From an uncultured Verrucomicrobiota bacterium (lineage in GTDB: Bacteria; Verrucomicrobiota; Verrucomicrobiia; CAZIPW01): 64,000 nt of DNA. Positions 1-10,148 of this stretch are shown piece after piece. Every line of letters starts with the position of its first letter. Position 1 is the stretch's first letter. A model generated the notes under the pieces. The model did not search any database. It was not told where the DNA came from and saw only the letters and a list, made by a program, of their open reading frames with translations. The stretch spans positions 2,870 to 66,869 of the forward strand of contig CAZIRU010000001.1 of assembly GCA_964541905.1 (NCBI GenBank), written 5' to 3'. The position numbers and the translations under genes are program-made.

Positions 1-61
1 AGAGCCACCCCAAGCAGATGCGCGCGGCGCGGGGAGCGCCGGCGGGAGGACGAGGCGTCTT

Positions 62-850
62 TCATGCGTGGACGGCCTTGCGCGACAAGGTGATGTCGGT
101 AAAATTGTCGGACTGGGAAAGATCCACCTCTCCCAAACGCGCAAGCTCCAAAATAGCCACAAACAACGCCGCCATCCGCGGAAGATTGCTATTGGCGGAC
201 TTCAATAGCGCGGCGAAGCTTTGCGAGGGCGCGGACTCGAAACGCGCAAGGATCTCCTCGATGGCTTGCGAGACTGTGTAGGGATCGAGCGCGATCTCGC
301 CAATCGCCACACGCTCCAGCAGACGCCGCATCAAGGCCCCATAGCAGCCCATCACCTCGAAACGATCGAAGGGTTTTAAGGGGCGCTCCAACTCGACGGA
401 GGCGCGCAGGCAGGGGTAGGAAAGGGATTGAGTTTCGATGGCTTTATCAAGCGCCTCGGCTTGGGTCTTGAGCTTTTGGTAGTCGAGCAGCTGGCGGATA
501 AGCTCCGCACGGGGATCGGGCCCGCGGGATTCTTCGGCAAGCAACTCGGAGCTGGCCCGGACAAGATGGCGGGGAAGCAACATCTGGCTTTTGATGCGCA
601 AAAGCTCGGCCGCCATCACAAAATATTCGCCCGCCAAGGGAAGTTCCATTTTTCCAAGCGCCTTGAGGGTCGAAAGATATTGCTCGGTCAAAGGCCCCAT
701 CGGCAGATCGAGAATATTGATCTCGTTGAGCTTGACCAAATGCAAAAGCAAATCGAGCGGGCCCTCGAAAATCTCAAGGGAAAGGATGGGATCGTCGCTG
801 GGAAGTAGGCCGTCGTCCATAGGGGTAATCATACCCCAAAAACGCGCCAC
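62..850 (-). CDS. scpA: Segregation and condensation protein A (ScpA)
   Basis: Translation carries the ScpA kleisin signature LDLLLHLVKLNEINILDLPMGPLTEQYL; 262 aa. Confidence 0.8.
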   Translation of the reverse strand: MARFWGMITPMDDGLLPSDDPILSLEIFEGPLDLLLHLVKLNEINILDLPMGPLTEQYLSTLKALGKMELPLAGEYFVMAAELLRIKSQMLLPRHLVRASSELLAEESRGPDPRAELIRQLLDYQKLKTQAEALDKAIETQSLSYPCLRASVELERPLKPFDRFEVMGCYGALMRRLLERVAIGEIALDPYTVSQAIEEILARFESAPSQSFAALLKSANSNLPRMAALFVAILELARLGEVDLSQSDNFTDITLSRKAVHA

Positions 851-899
851 AGCAAGGGAAAAACAAGCCCTAGGGAGTCTTAACGAAGTGGCGCTGCGC

Positions 900-2981
900 C
901 TAGAAATTCAGCCAGCGGAAGCGAAGGGTAAAACGCGTGTCGCTGTCGCGCGAGTCGTTGGTGCGGCGCTGGAGGCCGTATTGGAGCAGCCAGCCGCTGC
1001 GCAGACGCTGCTGGAGACCGTAGAAGGCGTCGCTAAGCTCGTGAAGCTCCACATCATAGGTCATGTCCGCAAAAAGCGTCAGACGATCCGTCAGCTTTTG
1101 GCTCAAAAAGAGCGCGTACTGGTGGATGTCGTCCTCCAAATAGCGCGAGGAGAAAGTCGCCGAACGATAGTCGCCATCGCGCAAGGTGGCGTAAAGACGG
1201 TGCTCCTGCCACTTTTGCTCGTCCCAGTTCAGACGCGCGAAAACCCCAAACGAAAGCCACGCGCAGGGAGACGCTTCGGAGAGAATGTAAAAGCTGTCCC
1301 AGCGCGGGTGCGCGTCCGCCGTCGTCGCGGGAGTCTCGAAATTGTAGTCCTGGTAGAGCTCGAGGGTCAGAAGCTCGCGGGTCGGAAAACCGCGGCCCTT
1401 GGGATTGCGCGTGAGGAGACTTTGCTTGAGGCCAAAACGCACGAGATTCAAAGAGTCGAGCTGGTCGGCATTGGCCATGTAAAAGAAATCGGTCGGGCGC
1501 AGATTGGTATCGAAGACGCGCGCGTCAATCGCGGGGATTTCGGCGGAACCAGCCGAGGCGCGGGGCATATAGCGATATTGCACGATCGGTTGGACGAGGT
1601 GCTTGAGGCCGTTGATCTCCCAAAGGGGGGCTTGCACGTCGTAGTTTTTAAAAAGGCTCCATTGGGAGTCGAAACCCAACATCCAAAGCCCCCGATCAAC
1701 CGAAGAGGCGGTGGACGTCGTTTCGTCGTAGTAGGTGTAGCGGCCCGAAACAACTGGCGTAAACTGCCACCAAGGTTTGAGCGCCGTCGGGCGATCGAAG
1801 GTCAGGATGCCATCGTAGCGATTGTAGTCGAGCGCCTCGCGTTCGCGGTGGGAGAAGGAATTGTAGAAGCTCCAGTATACACCCGTGTGGCCAAGCGCCG
1901 TAGGGAGGCGGTCAATGCGCAGCTCGGGGAGCTTTTCGGTGACGGAGTCGAAGTTGTTGGGATCGTAGCCGGCAAAGAGGCTCAAATAAGCGTCTTGGAG
2001 CGGCAGCACCGCCTCGACAAAGCTCTCGGGCGCTTGCGACCGGCCATAGGCACCCGGGCGGAAATCGCGCAAGACCTCGGAGTCGCTCCAGTACTGCGAC
2101 TGCGCGGTCAGCTCAACGCGCGAGAGGGTCTGCTTGTGCTTTAACTCCACAAAACCGCGCTCTTCGCCGATCGCAATATCGCGGACGTCCTCGCCGCGCT
2201 CGCCGCTATCCGAAATATAGCCGGTATCCACGGAGGTGGAGCTTGTCGGGGTCTTGTAGGCAACGCGCGGGCCCACGAGGAAGCCGCGCTTGGAGTAGTA
2301 GTCCAAGTTGGCGCCCACGCGAAGGCGTTCCGTGGCGGAGTAGAGGCTCTCGGTCCGCAGGAAAAGTCCGTTGCGGCCGCTGTGCCCCGCTTCGGTTTCG
2401 AATTCAAAGCTCTCGCGGTTGGGGACGCGGGCATTCAGGAAAGGCAGAGGCAAAAGCGGCACCGCCCCCGCCTTGAGCAAGGCCGCGCCCACGTTCACCC
2501 CCGTCGTGCGATCCCCCGGGCGCAAGGTCATTTTGGTGACGTAAAGATTGGGCTGGATGGAGCCTGTTTGCGACGTGTGCACCGTCGCTTGGCGGATGAC
2601 AAACTTGCCGGAAGTGCCGCTTATGTGCTTGCCGGTAATCATGTAGGGGAAAAAGCCCATGCGAAAGTCGGCGGCGGAAAATTGTTTGGTCGTCAAATCG
2701 TAAGACGCCTGCGCGGCTACCAGGCGCGACCCCTTCAAATTGAGCCGGACGTTGCCGGTGGCGGTGGCTTCGTTCTTTTCTTTGCTGAAGCGGATTTCGT
2801 CGGCGATGAGGGTCAGGTCTTCGTGGACAAAGGTCGCGTTTTGACGCGCCACAAGGGTATTGGTGATGCCATCGAACTCGATGGGCAGATCGGAAGAAAG
2901 ATTGGTTTGGGCCTGAAGGGCTGCAGAAAACGACAAAAACACCGCAAGAAACCGGTATGCTCGGAAATTCATAGGGGACAT
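900..2981 (-). CDS. lptD: LPS-assembly outer membrane protein LptD (OstA family)
   Basis: N-terminal signal peptide (LAVFLSFSAALQAQ), OstA-like N-domain (GNVRLNLKGSRLVAAQASYDL), long C-terminal region rich in aromatic/beta-strand residues; 693 aa. Confidence 0.65.
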   Translation of the reverse strand: MSPMNFRAYRFLAVFLSFSAALQAQTNLSSDLPIEFDGITNTLVARQNATFVHEDLTLIADEIRFSKEKNEATATGNVRLNLKGSRLVAAQASYDLTTKQFSAADFRMGFFPYMITGKHISGTSGKFVIRQATVHTSQTGSIQPNLYVTKMTLRPGDRTTGVNVGAALLKAGAVPLLPLPFLNARVPNRESFEFETEAGHSGRNGLFLRTESLYSATERLRVGANLDYYSKRGFLVGPRVAYKTPTSSTSVDTGYISDSGERGEDVRDIAIGEERGFVELKHKQTLSRVELTAQSQYWSDSEVLRDFRPGAYGRSQAPESFVEAVLPLQDAYLSLFAGYDPNNFDSVTEKLPELRIDRLPTALGHTGVYWSFYNSFSHREREALDYNRYDGILTFDRPTALKPWWQFTPVVSGRYTYYDETTSTASSVDRGLWMLGFDSQWSLFKNYDVQAPLWEINGLKHLVQPIVQYRYMPRASAGSAEIPAIDARVFDTNLRPTDFFYMANADQLDSLNLVRFGLKQSLLTRNPKGRGFPTRELLTLELYQDYNFETPATTADAHPRWDSFYILSEASPCAWLSFGVFARLNWDEQKWQEHRLYATLRDGDYRSATFSSRYLEDDIHQYALFLSQKLTDRLTLFADMTYDVELHELSDAFYGLQQRLRSGWLLQYGLQRRTNDSRDSDTRFTLRFRWLNF

Positions 2982-2997
2982 TTTGTCGGAAAGTGTT

Positions 2998-4074
2998 CTA
3001 CTTCACAAGCTCGAACGTTCCGTTTTTGACATTCCAAATTTGCCACGAAGCCCCCGAAGGCGGAAGCGCTGTCCCAGTTGCGAAGATTTGCAGGCCCTCA
3101 AGCGAACCCCAAAAATGTTCCTGACGCGTGCGGTCGAGCTCAAGGAGCAGATCGTCGGCCAGAAGCAGAGGCGCAAGCGAGAGCTTTTCGCGCAGGATTT
3201 GCAAAGACGCAAGCTTCAGCGCCAAAACAAGCGAGAACTTTTGGCCTTCCGAAGCGTAGGCGGACGCCGGATGGCCGCTCAAGAGAAGCTCGAAGGAGTC
3301 GCGCTGGGGGCCGTAAAGGGTGTGGCCAACGAGGTTCTCCTTGGCGCGGCCCGTGCGCCACTTCTCAGCAAGAGTGTCCAAAGGAGTGCTGGGAGTGTAA
3401 ATAAAAGAGGGAGCTTCGTCGCTGGGGGCGAAACGTGCATAGACGGACGGAAGTGCCGCCGAAAGTAGCTCCGTGGCGCGCGTACGGAAGCGGATAAGCG
3501 TGGAAGCTTCGGAGAGTAATTGCGCCTCGAAGGCATCGAGCTGCGCATGATCGGCGGCAGAAAGAGTCGAGTCGCGGCCCAAAATGCGATTGCGGGAACG
3601 GAGCGCCTCCATATAGCCTGCAAGCGCTTCGGCGTAGGGAGGGTGGAGCTGCGCCAGGAGACTGTCGATTTCGTCGCGGCGCGCCGAGGGGCCATCGTAA
3701 ATAAGCGCGCGGTCGGCCAAGCTCAAGGGCACGACCGGAAAGAGCCCCGCAAGCTCGCGAGGGGAACGCAGGGTCTTTTGATCGTGGCGCAACTCAAGCG
3801 AGTCGGCGGAAAGGCAAAGACCCACCGAAGTGGCGTGGAGCTTTTCGTGATCGAAAGTCGCGCGAAGCACCGTACGCGGGGCTCCCTGGGAGATAAGCGG
3901 CGCGCGTTGGTGAGTGCGAAAACTGCGCGCGGAGACGACGAACGCAATGGCCTCGAGGAGATTCGTTTTGCCCTGCGCGTTGGGCCCCAAGAAAAAATGC
4001 CGAGGGCCCTCGAAGGAAAGCTGCGCCGCCGGAATATTGCGGAAAGATTCAAGCTCGAGGGAAAGAAGGCGCAC
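2998..4074 (-). CDS. recF: DNA replication and repair protein RecF
   Basis: N-terminus MRLLSLELESFRNI with Walker A GPNAQGKTNLLEAI, typical RecF; 358 aa. Confidence 0.85.
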   Translation of the reverse strand: MRLLSLELESFRNIPAAQLSFEGPRHFFLGPNAQGKTNLLEAIAFVVSARSFRTHQRAPLISQGAPRTVLRATFDHEKLHATSVGLCLSADSLELRHDQKTLRSPRELAGLFPVVPLSLADRALIYDGPSARRDEIDSLLAQLHPPYAEALAGYMEALRSRNRILGRDSTLSAADHAQLDAFEAQLLSEASTLIRFRTRATELLSAALPSVYARFAPSDEAPSFIYTPSTPLDTLAEKWRTGRAKENLVGHTLYGPQRDSFELLLSGHPASAYASEGQKFSLVLALKLASLQILREKLSLAPLLLADDLLLELDRTRQEHFWGSLEGLQIFATGTALPPSGASWQIWNVKNGTFELVK

Positions 4075-4083
4075 GAAAATAAG

Positions 4084-4851
4084 TTACGGGATGGTGAGGG
4101 TTTGGCCGAGCTTTAAACGCGCAGGATCGGGAAGCGTATCGCGGTTGGCTTCCGCAATCTCTTTCCAACGCGCGCCCGAACCGTAAACCTTTTTGGCGAT
4201 TACGAAAAGCGAGTCCCCCTGCACCACCGTGTATTGTCGCGCAGACGAAGAGGCCGATGTAGAAACGGCCGAGGCGGAAGCGGGAGCGGGAGCGCTCCCC
4301 TCCGGCGCACTCGCAGAGGTCGAAAGCTCGGTCAAGCTCCGGCGGGCTTGCTCGACATCCTTGTAGTGCTCGACCTCCGCACGCACCTGCATGAGCTCCG
4401 CCTTGAGCGATTCGTTTTCGGTGCGGGTTTTGTCGAGAAGCTCTTTCAAGTCGAGCTTGTCCACCTCGCCCCCAAAAGGAGACGCCGGAAGGCTGCGCGC
4501 AAACTCTTTTTTGGCGGTCACAATTAGCGCGCGCACCCGTTCGGCAGGCTCCGGCGAGGGCTTGGAACGCAGGTATTCGTTGAAGTGATAGATGGCCAAA
4601 ATCGGCTCGCCAAAACGATTCAAATAGAGCAGCCCCGCCTCAAGATGGCTCTCGGGGGCCTCCTGCCGCTTTTTGATGACGCTCAAAAAAGCCTCGAGGG
4701 CTTCTTCTGGACGGCCTTCCTTGAGGCGCTGCTGGCCCCGACGATAGGAAATCTCTTCCTTTTCCGCCAAAAGCGCGCCGCGCGAAGGAAAACATCCCGA
4801 CAGAAACACTGCCAGCAAAAAGAGCGTCAAAATTCTGGGCCGAAAAGGCAT
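4084..4851 (-). CDS. Secreted LysM domain protein with TPR-like region
   Basis: C-terminal LysM motif (YTVVQGDSLFVIAKKVYGSGARWKEIAEANRD); probable start at internal ATG 4851 giving signal peptide MPFRPRILTLFLLAVFLSGC; ORF track extends to 4986. Confidence 0.6.
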   Translation of the reverse strand: MPFRPRILTLFLLAVFLSGCFPSRGALLAEKEEISYRRGQQRLKEGRPEEALEAFLSVIKKRQEAPESHLEAGLLYLNRFGEPILAIYHFNEYLRSKPSPEPAERVRALIVTAKKEFARSLPASPFGGEVDKLDLKELLDKTRTENESLKAELMQVRAEVEHYKDVEQARRSLTELSTSASAPEGSAPAPASASAVSTSASSSARQYTVVQGDSLFVIAKKVYGSGARWKEIAEANRDTLPDPARLKLGQTLTIP

Positions 4852-5222
4852 GAATGACACCTTAGCAGCGATGCAAATCTTTTTCAAGATTCTCTTGAAG
4901 GTAAGCTTGAAACAAAATAGTGCAAACAGGGCGCGGAAAAGCACTTCCCCAACCGTCTTTTTACGTTTGGCGTACCGAGCGCGCAACCAAAGCTTGCGAG
5001 GGTGAAAATCAATAAGAGATGCTTATAATGGCTATTAGTTTTTTTGAAAAGAAAGCAGATTTTTTAAAAAGGGCTTTTCTTTGTGAGGCTTTCGGTCCAT
5101 AACAAAACCCCAGCCGATAGTGGTTGGAGCGAAAAAGACACACTACATATAGTATTGCCCTAAAAATCGCCCCTCAGGCCGCTCCAACACGAAGGCAACC
5201 CTCTTTAGCCTTTTTAAAATTT

Positions 5223-7451
5223 ATGATTTCCACTGACCGCTCTGCCGATTTTCAAGCGTTCCTGGCTTCCAGGACCGATCTTTTCACCCAGGTGAAAAAG
5301 CGCGATGGCCGCTTTGTCGCTTTTGACGCCCGTCGCATCAAAAACGCGATCCTCAAAGCGGGAAATGCAACTGGAGAATTTGGCGAGGATATCGCCCTGA
5401 GGCTGACGACGAAAACGGTCAATATGGCTCTCTCGATTATTTCGGACGCCACACCCTCCGTCGAGCAGCTGCAAGATGTCGTTGAGGAAGTGCTGCTGGA
5501 CTCCCCCTACAAAAAAACCGCTCGCGCGTATATCGTTTATCGCGAGCAACATGCGCGCTTGCGCGAGATTCAGGACGCTACGGATGTCAGCCGGATGGAG
5601 CAATACATCGAAAAACTCGACTGGCAAGTAAAGGAAAATTCCAACATGGCGTTCTCGCTCCAAGGCCTCAACAATTATCTTTCCAACTCCATTAGCCAGA
5701 GCTACTGGCTCAATAAGATTTATACTCCCGAAATCAAGGCCGCGCATGAAGAGGGCGACTTCCATCTCCATGATTTGCAGCAGCTTTCGGTATATTGCGT
5801 GGGTTGGGATTTGTTTGACTTGCTCCAGAAGGGCTTCCGCGGCGTGCCCGGAAAGATTGAGACACGGCCTGCCAAGCATCTTTTGACAGCCCTCGGACAG
5901 GCGGTTAATTTCTTCTATACGCTCCAAGGCGAGGCGGCTGGCGCACAGGCGTTCTCGAGCTTTGACACGCTCTTGGCTCCCTTCATCTATTATGACAAAC
6001 TCGACTTCAAGAGCGCCAAACAGGCCTTGCAGTATTTCATCTATAACATGAACGTCCCCACGCGCGTGGGTTTCCAGACGCCCTTCACAAATATCACCTT
6101 GGACCTGCAGTGCCCCAAGCACTACAAGGACACCCCCGTCGTAATTGGCGGAAAATTCATGGACAAGACCTACGGAGAGTTCCAGAAAGAGATGGATATT
6201 TTTAACAAGGCGCTCTTTGAGGTCATGACCGAGGGAGATGCCGGAGGCCGCGTCTTTACCTTCCCGATTCCAACGATCAATCTCACAAAGGACTTCAATT
6301 GGGACAACCCGAACCTCAAGGGTTTGTGGGAGATGACCGGTAAATACGGCATCCCGTACTTTAGCAATTACATCAACTCTGACATGTCGCCCGACGATGC
6401 ACGTTCGATGTGCTGCCGGTTGCGCATTGACAATCGCCAACTGGAAAAACGCGGCGGCGGTCTCTTTGGCGCGCATCCGCTCACGGGTTCCGTGGGGGTC
6501 GTGACTCTCAACATGCCGAGGCTCGCCAAGCTCTCTAAAGACGAAATCGATTTCCAAGAACGCCTTGGGCGCTTGATGGATTTGGCGCGCGAAAGCTTGG
6601 AAATAAAACGGAAGTTTTTGGAGCGCCTCACGAGCGCGGGATTGTATCCCTATACAAGCTTCTATCTGCAAAGCATGAAGGAGAAGACGGGATTTTATTG
6701 GAAAAACCACTTCTCGACCATCGGGCTCTTGGGCATGAACGAGGCGTGCATAAATATTCTCAAAGAGGATATTTCAACGGAAAAAGGCCACGCCTTTACC
6801 GAACGCACCCTCGAATTTATGCGCGGAAGGCTCATCCAGTATCAGGAGGAAACGGGAAATCACTATAACTTGGAGGCCACTCCGGCCGAAGGGACGTCTT
6901 ATCGCTTGGCCCGCAAGGATCGCGCCACCTTTGGCGACGATACCGCCTTTGCCAATCCGGGCTCGAAGCACGTTTACTACACGAACTCGACCCAATTGCC
7001 GGTCAACCACACCGACGATATTTTTGAGATCCTCGGGCATCAAGATTCCCTCCAAACCAAGTACACAGGCGGCACCGTCGTCCACTTGTTTTTGGGGGAA
7101 AATATTTCGCACACCGAGACGGTTAAAAAACTCGTGCGCAAAATCGCCGAGGGACATCACCTCCCCTATTTCTCGCTAACGCCCACCTTCTCGGTATGCC
7201 CAAATCACGGCTATCTCTCCGGCGAGCACGCCAAGTGTCCTCATTGCGAGGCCTCGTGCGAGGTGTATTCACGCATCGTCGGCTATCTGCGGCCAGTGCA
7301 TCAATGGAACGAAGGCAAGCAGGCCGAGTTCGCGCTGCGACGCCCGACGAAAATCGCGGCAGTTGAGGCCAAACTGGACGTCGAGGCCGAAGAGGTCCTC
7401 ACAAAAACAGCCGACGTGGAAGCCTGCCCATGCGAAGCCCTAACAGCCTAG
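5223..7451 (+). CDS. nrdD: Anaerobic ribonucleoside-triphosphate reductase (class III RNR)
   Basis: N-terminal ATP-cone (VKKRDGRFVAFDARRIKNAI), C-terminal Cys cluster CPNHGYLSGEHAKCPHCE and glycyl-radical motif RIVGYLRP; start chosen at ATG 5223 (ORF track starts 5124). Confidence 0.9.
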   Translation: MISTDRSADFQAFLASRTDLFTQVKKRDGRFVAFDARRIKNAILKAGNATGEFGEDIALRLTTKTVNMALSIISDATPSVEQLQDVVEEVLLDSPYKKTARAYIVYREQHARLREIQDATDVSRMEQYIEKLDWQVKENSNMAFSLQGLNNYLSNSISQSYWLNKIYTPEIKAAHEEGDFHLHDLQQLSVYCVGWDLFDLLQKGFRGVPGKIETRPAKHLLTALGQAVNFFYTLQGEAAGAQAFSSFDTLLAPFIYYDKLDFKSAKQALQYFIYNMNVPTRVGFQTPFTNITLDLQCPKHYKDTPVVIGGKFMDKTYGEFQKEMDIFNKALFEVMTEGDAGGRVFTFPIPTINLTKDFNWDNPNLKGLWEMTGKYGIPYFSNYINSDMSPDDARSMCCRLRIDNRQLEKRGGGLFGAHPLTGSVGVVTLNMPRLAKLSKDEIDFQERLGRLMDLARESLEIKRKFLERLTSAGLYPYTSFYLQSMKEKTGFYWKNHFSTIGLLGMNEACINILKEDISTEKGHAFTERTLEFMRGRLIQYQEETGNHYNLEATPAEGTSYRLARKDRATFGDDTAFANPGSKHVYYTNSTQLPVNHTDDIFEILGHQDSLQTKYTGGTVVHLFLGENISHTETVKKLVRKIAEGHHLPYFSLTPTFSVCPNHGYLSGEHAKCPHCEASCEVYSRIVGYLRPVHQWNEGKQAEFALRRPTKIAAVEAKLDVEAEEVLTKTADVEACPCEALTA

Positions 7452-7504
7452 GCGCGAGGAAGGCAAAGAACTCGAGCGGCAAGCGGGAGGCGTAGAATTA
7501 TTTT

Positions 7505-8185
7505 ATGAAAATTGGCGGGCTTCAAAAGCTCTCTCTTATTGATTTCCCCGGACATCTCGCGGCGGTTGTCTTTACGCAGGGCTGCACGTGGAGGTGTCCC
7601 TTTTGCCATAACGCGGCACTGGTTGTGCCGGAGATGTTTGCGGCACCCATGAAGGAGGAGGAGGTTTTTGCTTTCTTGGAGTCGCGCAAGGGACAGCTGG
7701 ATGGAGTGGTTATTACGGGAGGCGAGCCCACGTTGCAGCCAGATTTGGGAGAGTTTCTCCAAAAGATCAAGGCCTTGGGCTATGCCGTAAAACTCGACAG
7801 TAACGGCGCTCTCCCGCAACGGTTGGAGGCGGTCTTGAAGCCTGAATGGGTGGATTATGTGGCGATGGACCTCAAGGCGGGACTTGCGCATTATGCGGAA
7901 GCCGTCGGAGTAAAAGTTGATACGCGTGAGGTTGAGCGTTCGATGGAAATCATCCGCAAAGCGGGAATCCCGTATGAGTTCCGCACAACGGTCGTGCCTG
8001 GGCTGCCGATTGACCCCGAAGAAGTAGCCCTCCTCTTGCGCCCCGGCGAAAAATTTTTCCTTCAGGCCTTCCGCGCAAGCGAAGGGGTGGCGGATGGACG
8101 TCTTAAGGCGGAACTGGACCCTTTTGCAAAAGGCGCCATGCTCAAAAAGCTTGAGTGTCGCGGACTGGAAGTGGCGTGGAGATAG
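7505..8185 (+). CDS. nrdG: Anaerobic ribonucleotide reductase activating protein (radical SAM)
   Basis: Radical-SAM CxxxCxxC motif CTWRCPFCHN; directly downstream of nrdD. Confidence 0.85.
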   Translation: MKIGGLQKLSLIDFPGHLAAVVFTQGCTWRCPFCHNAALVVPEMFAAPMKEEEVFAFLESRKGQLDGVVITGGEPTLQPDLGEFLQKIKALGYAVKLDSNGALPQRLEAVLKPEWVDYVAMDLKAGLAHYAEAVGVKVDTREVERSMEIIRKAGIPYEFRTTVVPGLPIDPEEVALLLRPGEKFFLQAFRASEGVADGRLKAELDPFAKGAMLKKLECRGLEVAWR

Positions 8186-8189
8186 AAAA

Positions 8190-8217
8190 GGGCCCACCAA
8201 AAATGATGGGCCCTTTT
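8190..8217. terminator. Bidirectional rho-independent terminator between nrdG and the convergent MCP gene
   Basis: GGGCCCA-(10 nt loop)-TGGGCCC followed by TTTT on plus strand; the reverse complement also ends in a T-run. Confidence 0.6.
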
Positions 8218-8251
8218 AAAGCGGGGGTCCCTTGCAGGCCCCCTTTGAGCA

Positions 8252-9880
8252 CTATTTCTTAGCCGTTTGGAAAGTAAGACGATCCTTCGCCTTGGGCTTG
8301 GCCGTAGCAGCGACCCTTGCCGAAGCGACCACTCTTGCGGCGGACGAGGTGGCCGAGGTGGCGTGCTCCTTGGATTTGCCACGGACGAGCTCCTGAAGCT
8401 GCTCGACGGTTTCGCGCAAGACCATCGCCTGAGAGTTGAGCTCTTCGGCGGCGGCCGCGCTTTCTTCCGCGCCGGAAGCGTTGGACTGCGTGACCGTTTC
8501 CATCTGGCTGACGGCTGTGCTGATTTGTCCAATGCCTTGGCTTTGCTCGCGGCTGGCTTCCGCGATCTGGGCCACTTGGGTATCCACTTGATGGACCTTG
8601 CTGACGATTTCTTCGAGCTTGGTCGAAACTTCTTTGGATTTTTCAACCACCGACTCCACGGCAGCTATCACCTTTTCGTTGGAAGCCACGCCATTGTCGG
8701 AACGCTGGACCGCCGTTTCGATCATTGCCGCAGTCTCTTTGGCGGCCTTAGCTGAGCGCTGGGCCAAATTGCGAACTTCGTCGGCCACGACCGCAAAGCC
8801 CGCACCAGCCTCCCCTGCCCGCGCCGCTTCTACGGCGGCGTTGAGGGCGAGAAGATTCGTCTGGAAGGCGATCTCATCAATAGTCTTAATGATGTTGGAA
8901 ATATCCTGACTGGCCTCTTTGATGGCGCCCATCGCCGTCTTCATCTCGGTGCTGGCCCCGCGAATAGCCTCGATCGAGCGCGACATCTCGGCCGTGCTTT
9001 GCGCCCCCGCCTCAGCTGCCTTGCGGGTGGCCTGCGCCACATCCTTGGTCTGCTGGGCCGTCTCGGCATTGCGCTCAGTCGTCGAGCTGATCTCGGTAAG
9101 AGAGGCGGAAGTCTCCTCAATGGAGGCCGCCTGTTCGCTGGCTCCCTCGGCAAGAGATTGCGACGAAGCCGAAACCTGATCGGCCGCAGCAGTCACCTGA
9201 GAAGCCCCTTCATCCAACGCTCCGGCAATGCGGCCCAACACCTTGTTGAGCTCGCGGGTGATAACGACCGCAAAAAAGATGCCCAAAACCAGCGAAATCA
9301 AACTGACAATAATTGTGGCAGTATTCGCGATAGTGGCCAAATGATCGGTATTCCCTGCGGATTTTTTGGCAAGGGTAAGATTTCGCGTGAGCATCTTGTC
9401 CATTTGCGCCATGTACTTTTCGTAGGCGACTTTGAGTGGTACCATAGCCGTCAGGGCCTCGGCGGTATTGCCCTGTTTCTGAGCCTCAATCACAACGGCC
9501 CGCGTGCGCGCGTATTCTGCGCGCAACTCCAGTAGCTCTTCAAAGTTCTTTTTATCCTCTGGATCGATAATGGCCTTTTCGTAGTTCTCATAGTCCTCGG
9601 TCAGGGTTTCGGCGATCTGCGCCATAATCTTTTCCTGTTCCGCGATATTGGTCTTATCACCATTCACCAGAATGCGCATGACTGCAATATGCGCATCGGG
9701 CAACATGCCGGTGATATTCGACATGGCAACGGCGCTGGGCAGATAGGTCTTGTCAAGGTCTGAGGCCTCGCGAGAGATCTTGCCAAGTGAGATGAGAGAA
9801 ACGGCCGCCAAAACGGCGACGAGCACAAGCACCGTGGCAAAGCCGAAGGTGATTCTTTTTCCAATAGTCCAGTTTTTCAT
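8252..9880 (-). CDS. Methyl-accepting chemotaxis protein
   Basis: N-terminal TM segment, HAMP region, highly Ala/Ser/Glu-rich coiled-coil signalling domain ([32 protein letters not shown]); 542 aa. Confidence 0.85.
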   Translation of the reverse strand: MKNWTIGKRITFGFATVLVLVAVLAAVSLISLGKISREASDLDKTYLPSAVAMSNITGMLPDAHIAVMRILVNGDKTNIAEQEKIMAQIAETLTEDYENYEKAIIDPEDKKNFEELLELRAEYARTRAVVIEAQKQGNTAEALTAMVPLKVAYEKYMAQMDKMLTRNLTLAKKSAGNTDHLATIANTATIIVSLISLVLGIFFAVVITRELNKVLGRIAGALDEGASQVTAAADQVSASSQSLAEGASEQAASIEETSASLTEISSTTERNAETAQQTKDVAQATRKAAEAGAQSTAEMSRSIEAIRGASTEMKTAMGAIKEASQDISNIIKTIDEIAFQTNLLALNAAVEAARAGEAGAGFAVVADEVRNLAQRSAKAAKETAAMIETAVQRSDNGVASNEKVIAAVESVVEKSKEVSTKLEEIVSKVHQVDTQVAQIAEASREQSQGIGQISTAVSQMETVTQSNASGAEESAAAAEELNSQAMVLRETVEQLQELVRGKSKEHATSATSSAARVVASARVAATAKPKAKDRLTFQTAKK

Positions 9881-10148
9881 GATATTCCTTTTTACAACCC
9901 CTTTTACGGGGAGATTTCGATCGACCTTAGCACTAAATTTTGCGCTTTTTCAAACCTTTAAAAAAATCTAATGAAAGACATTAAGCGTAATTATCCGCAT
10001 GTGTTGCAATACAATGACGATAAGCGAGATGCGAGATTTTTAGGGTTCGGGTTGGCACGCGGCAAAAACAAGCCTCATCTACCCAAAAAGACGCACTCGC
10101 GCGCTATAAGAAGCCATATCATAGAGTAATATGCCGCCCGATCTGAGC

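Noticed and set aside
18-281. 87-aa plus-strand ORF at the window start
   Set aside because: Lies antisense to the 3-prime end of scpA and the preceding 60 nt; no motif; most likely non-coding. A partial downstream gene (possibly scpB) in positions 1-61 cannot be assessed.
591-2144. Long antisense ORF (517 aa) opposite lptD; similar antisense ORFs at 5214-6710 (opposite nrdD), 10726-11538 (opposite dnaA), 16430-17122, 23983-24837 and others
   Set aside because: Typical stop-codon-poor antisense frames of high-GC DNA; translations are Arg/Ala/Pro-rich low complexity without motifs, while the opposite strand encodes well-supported proteins.
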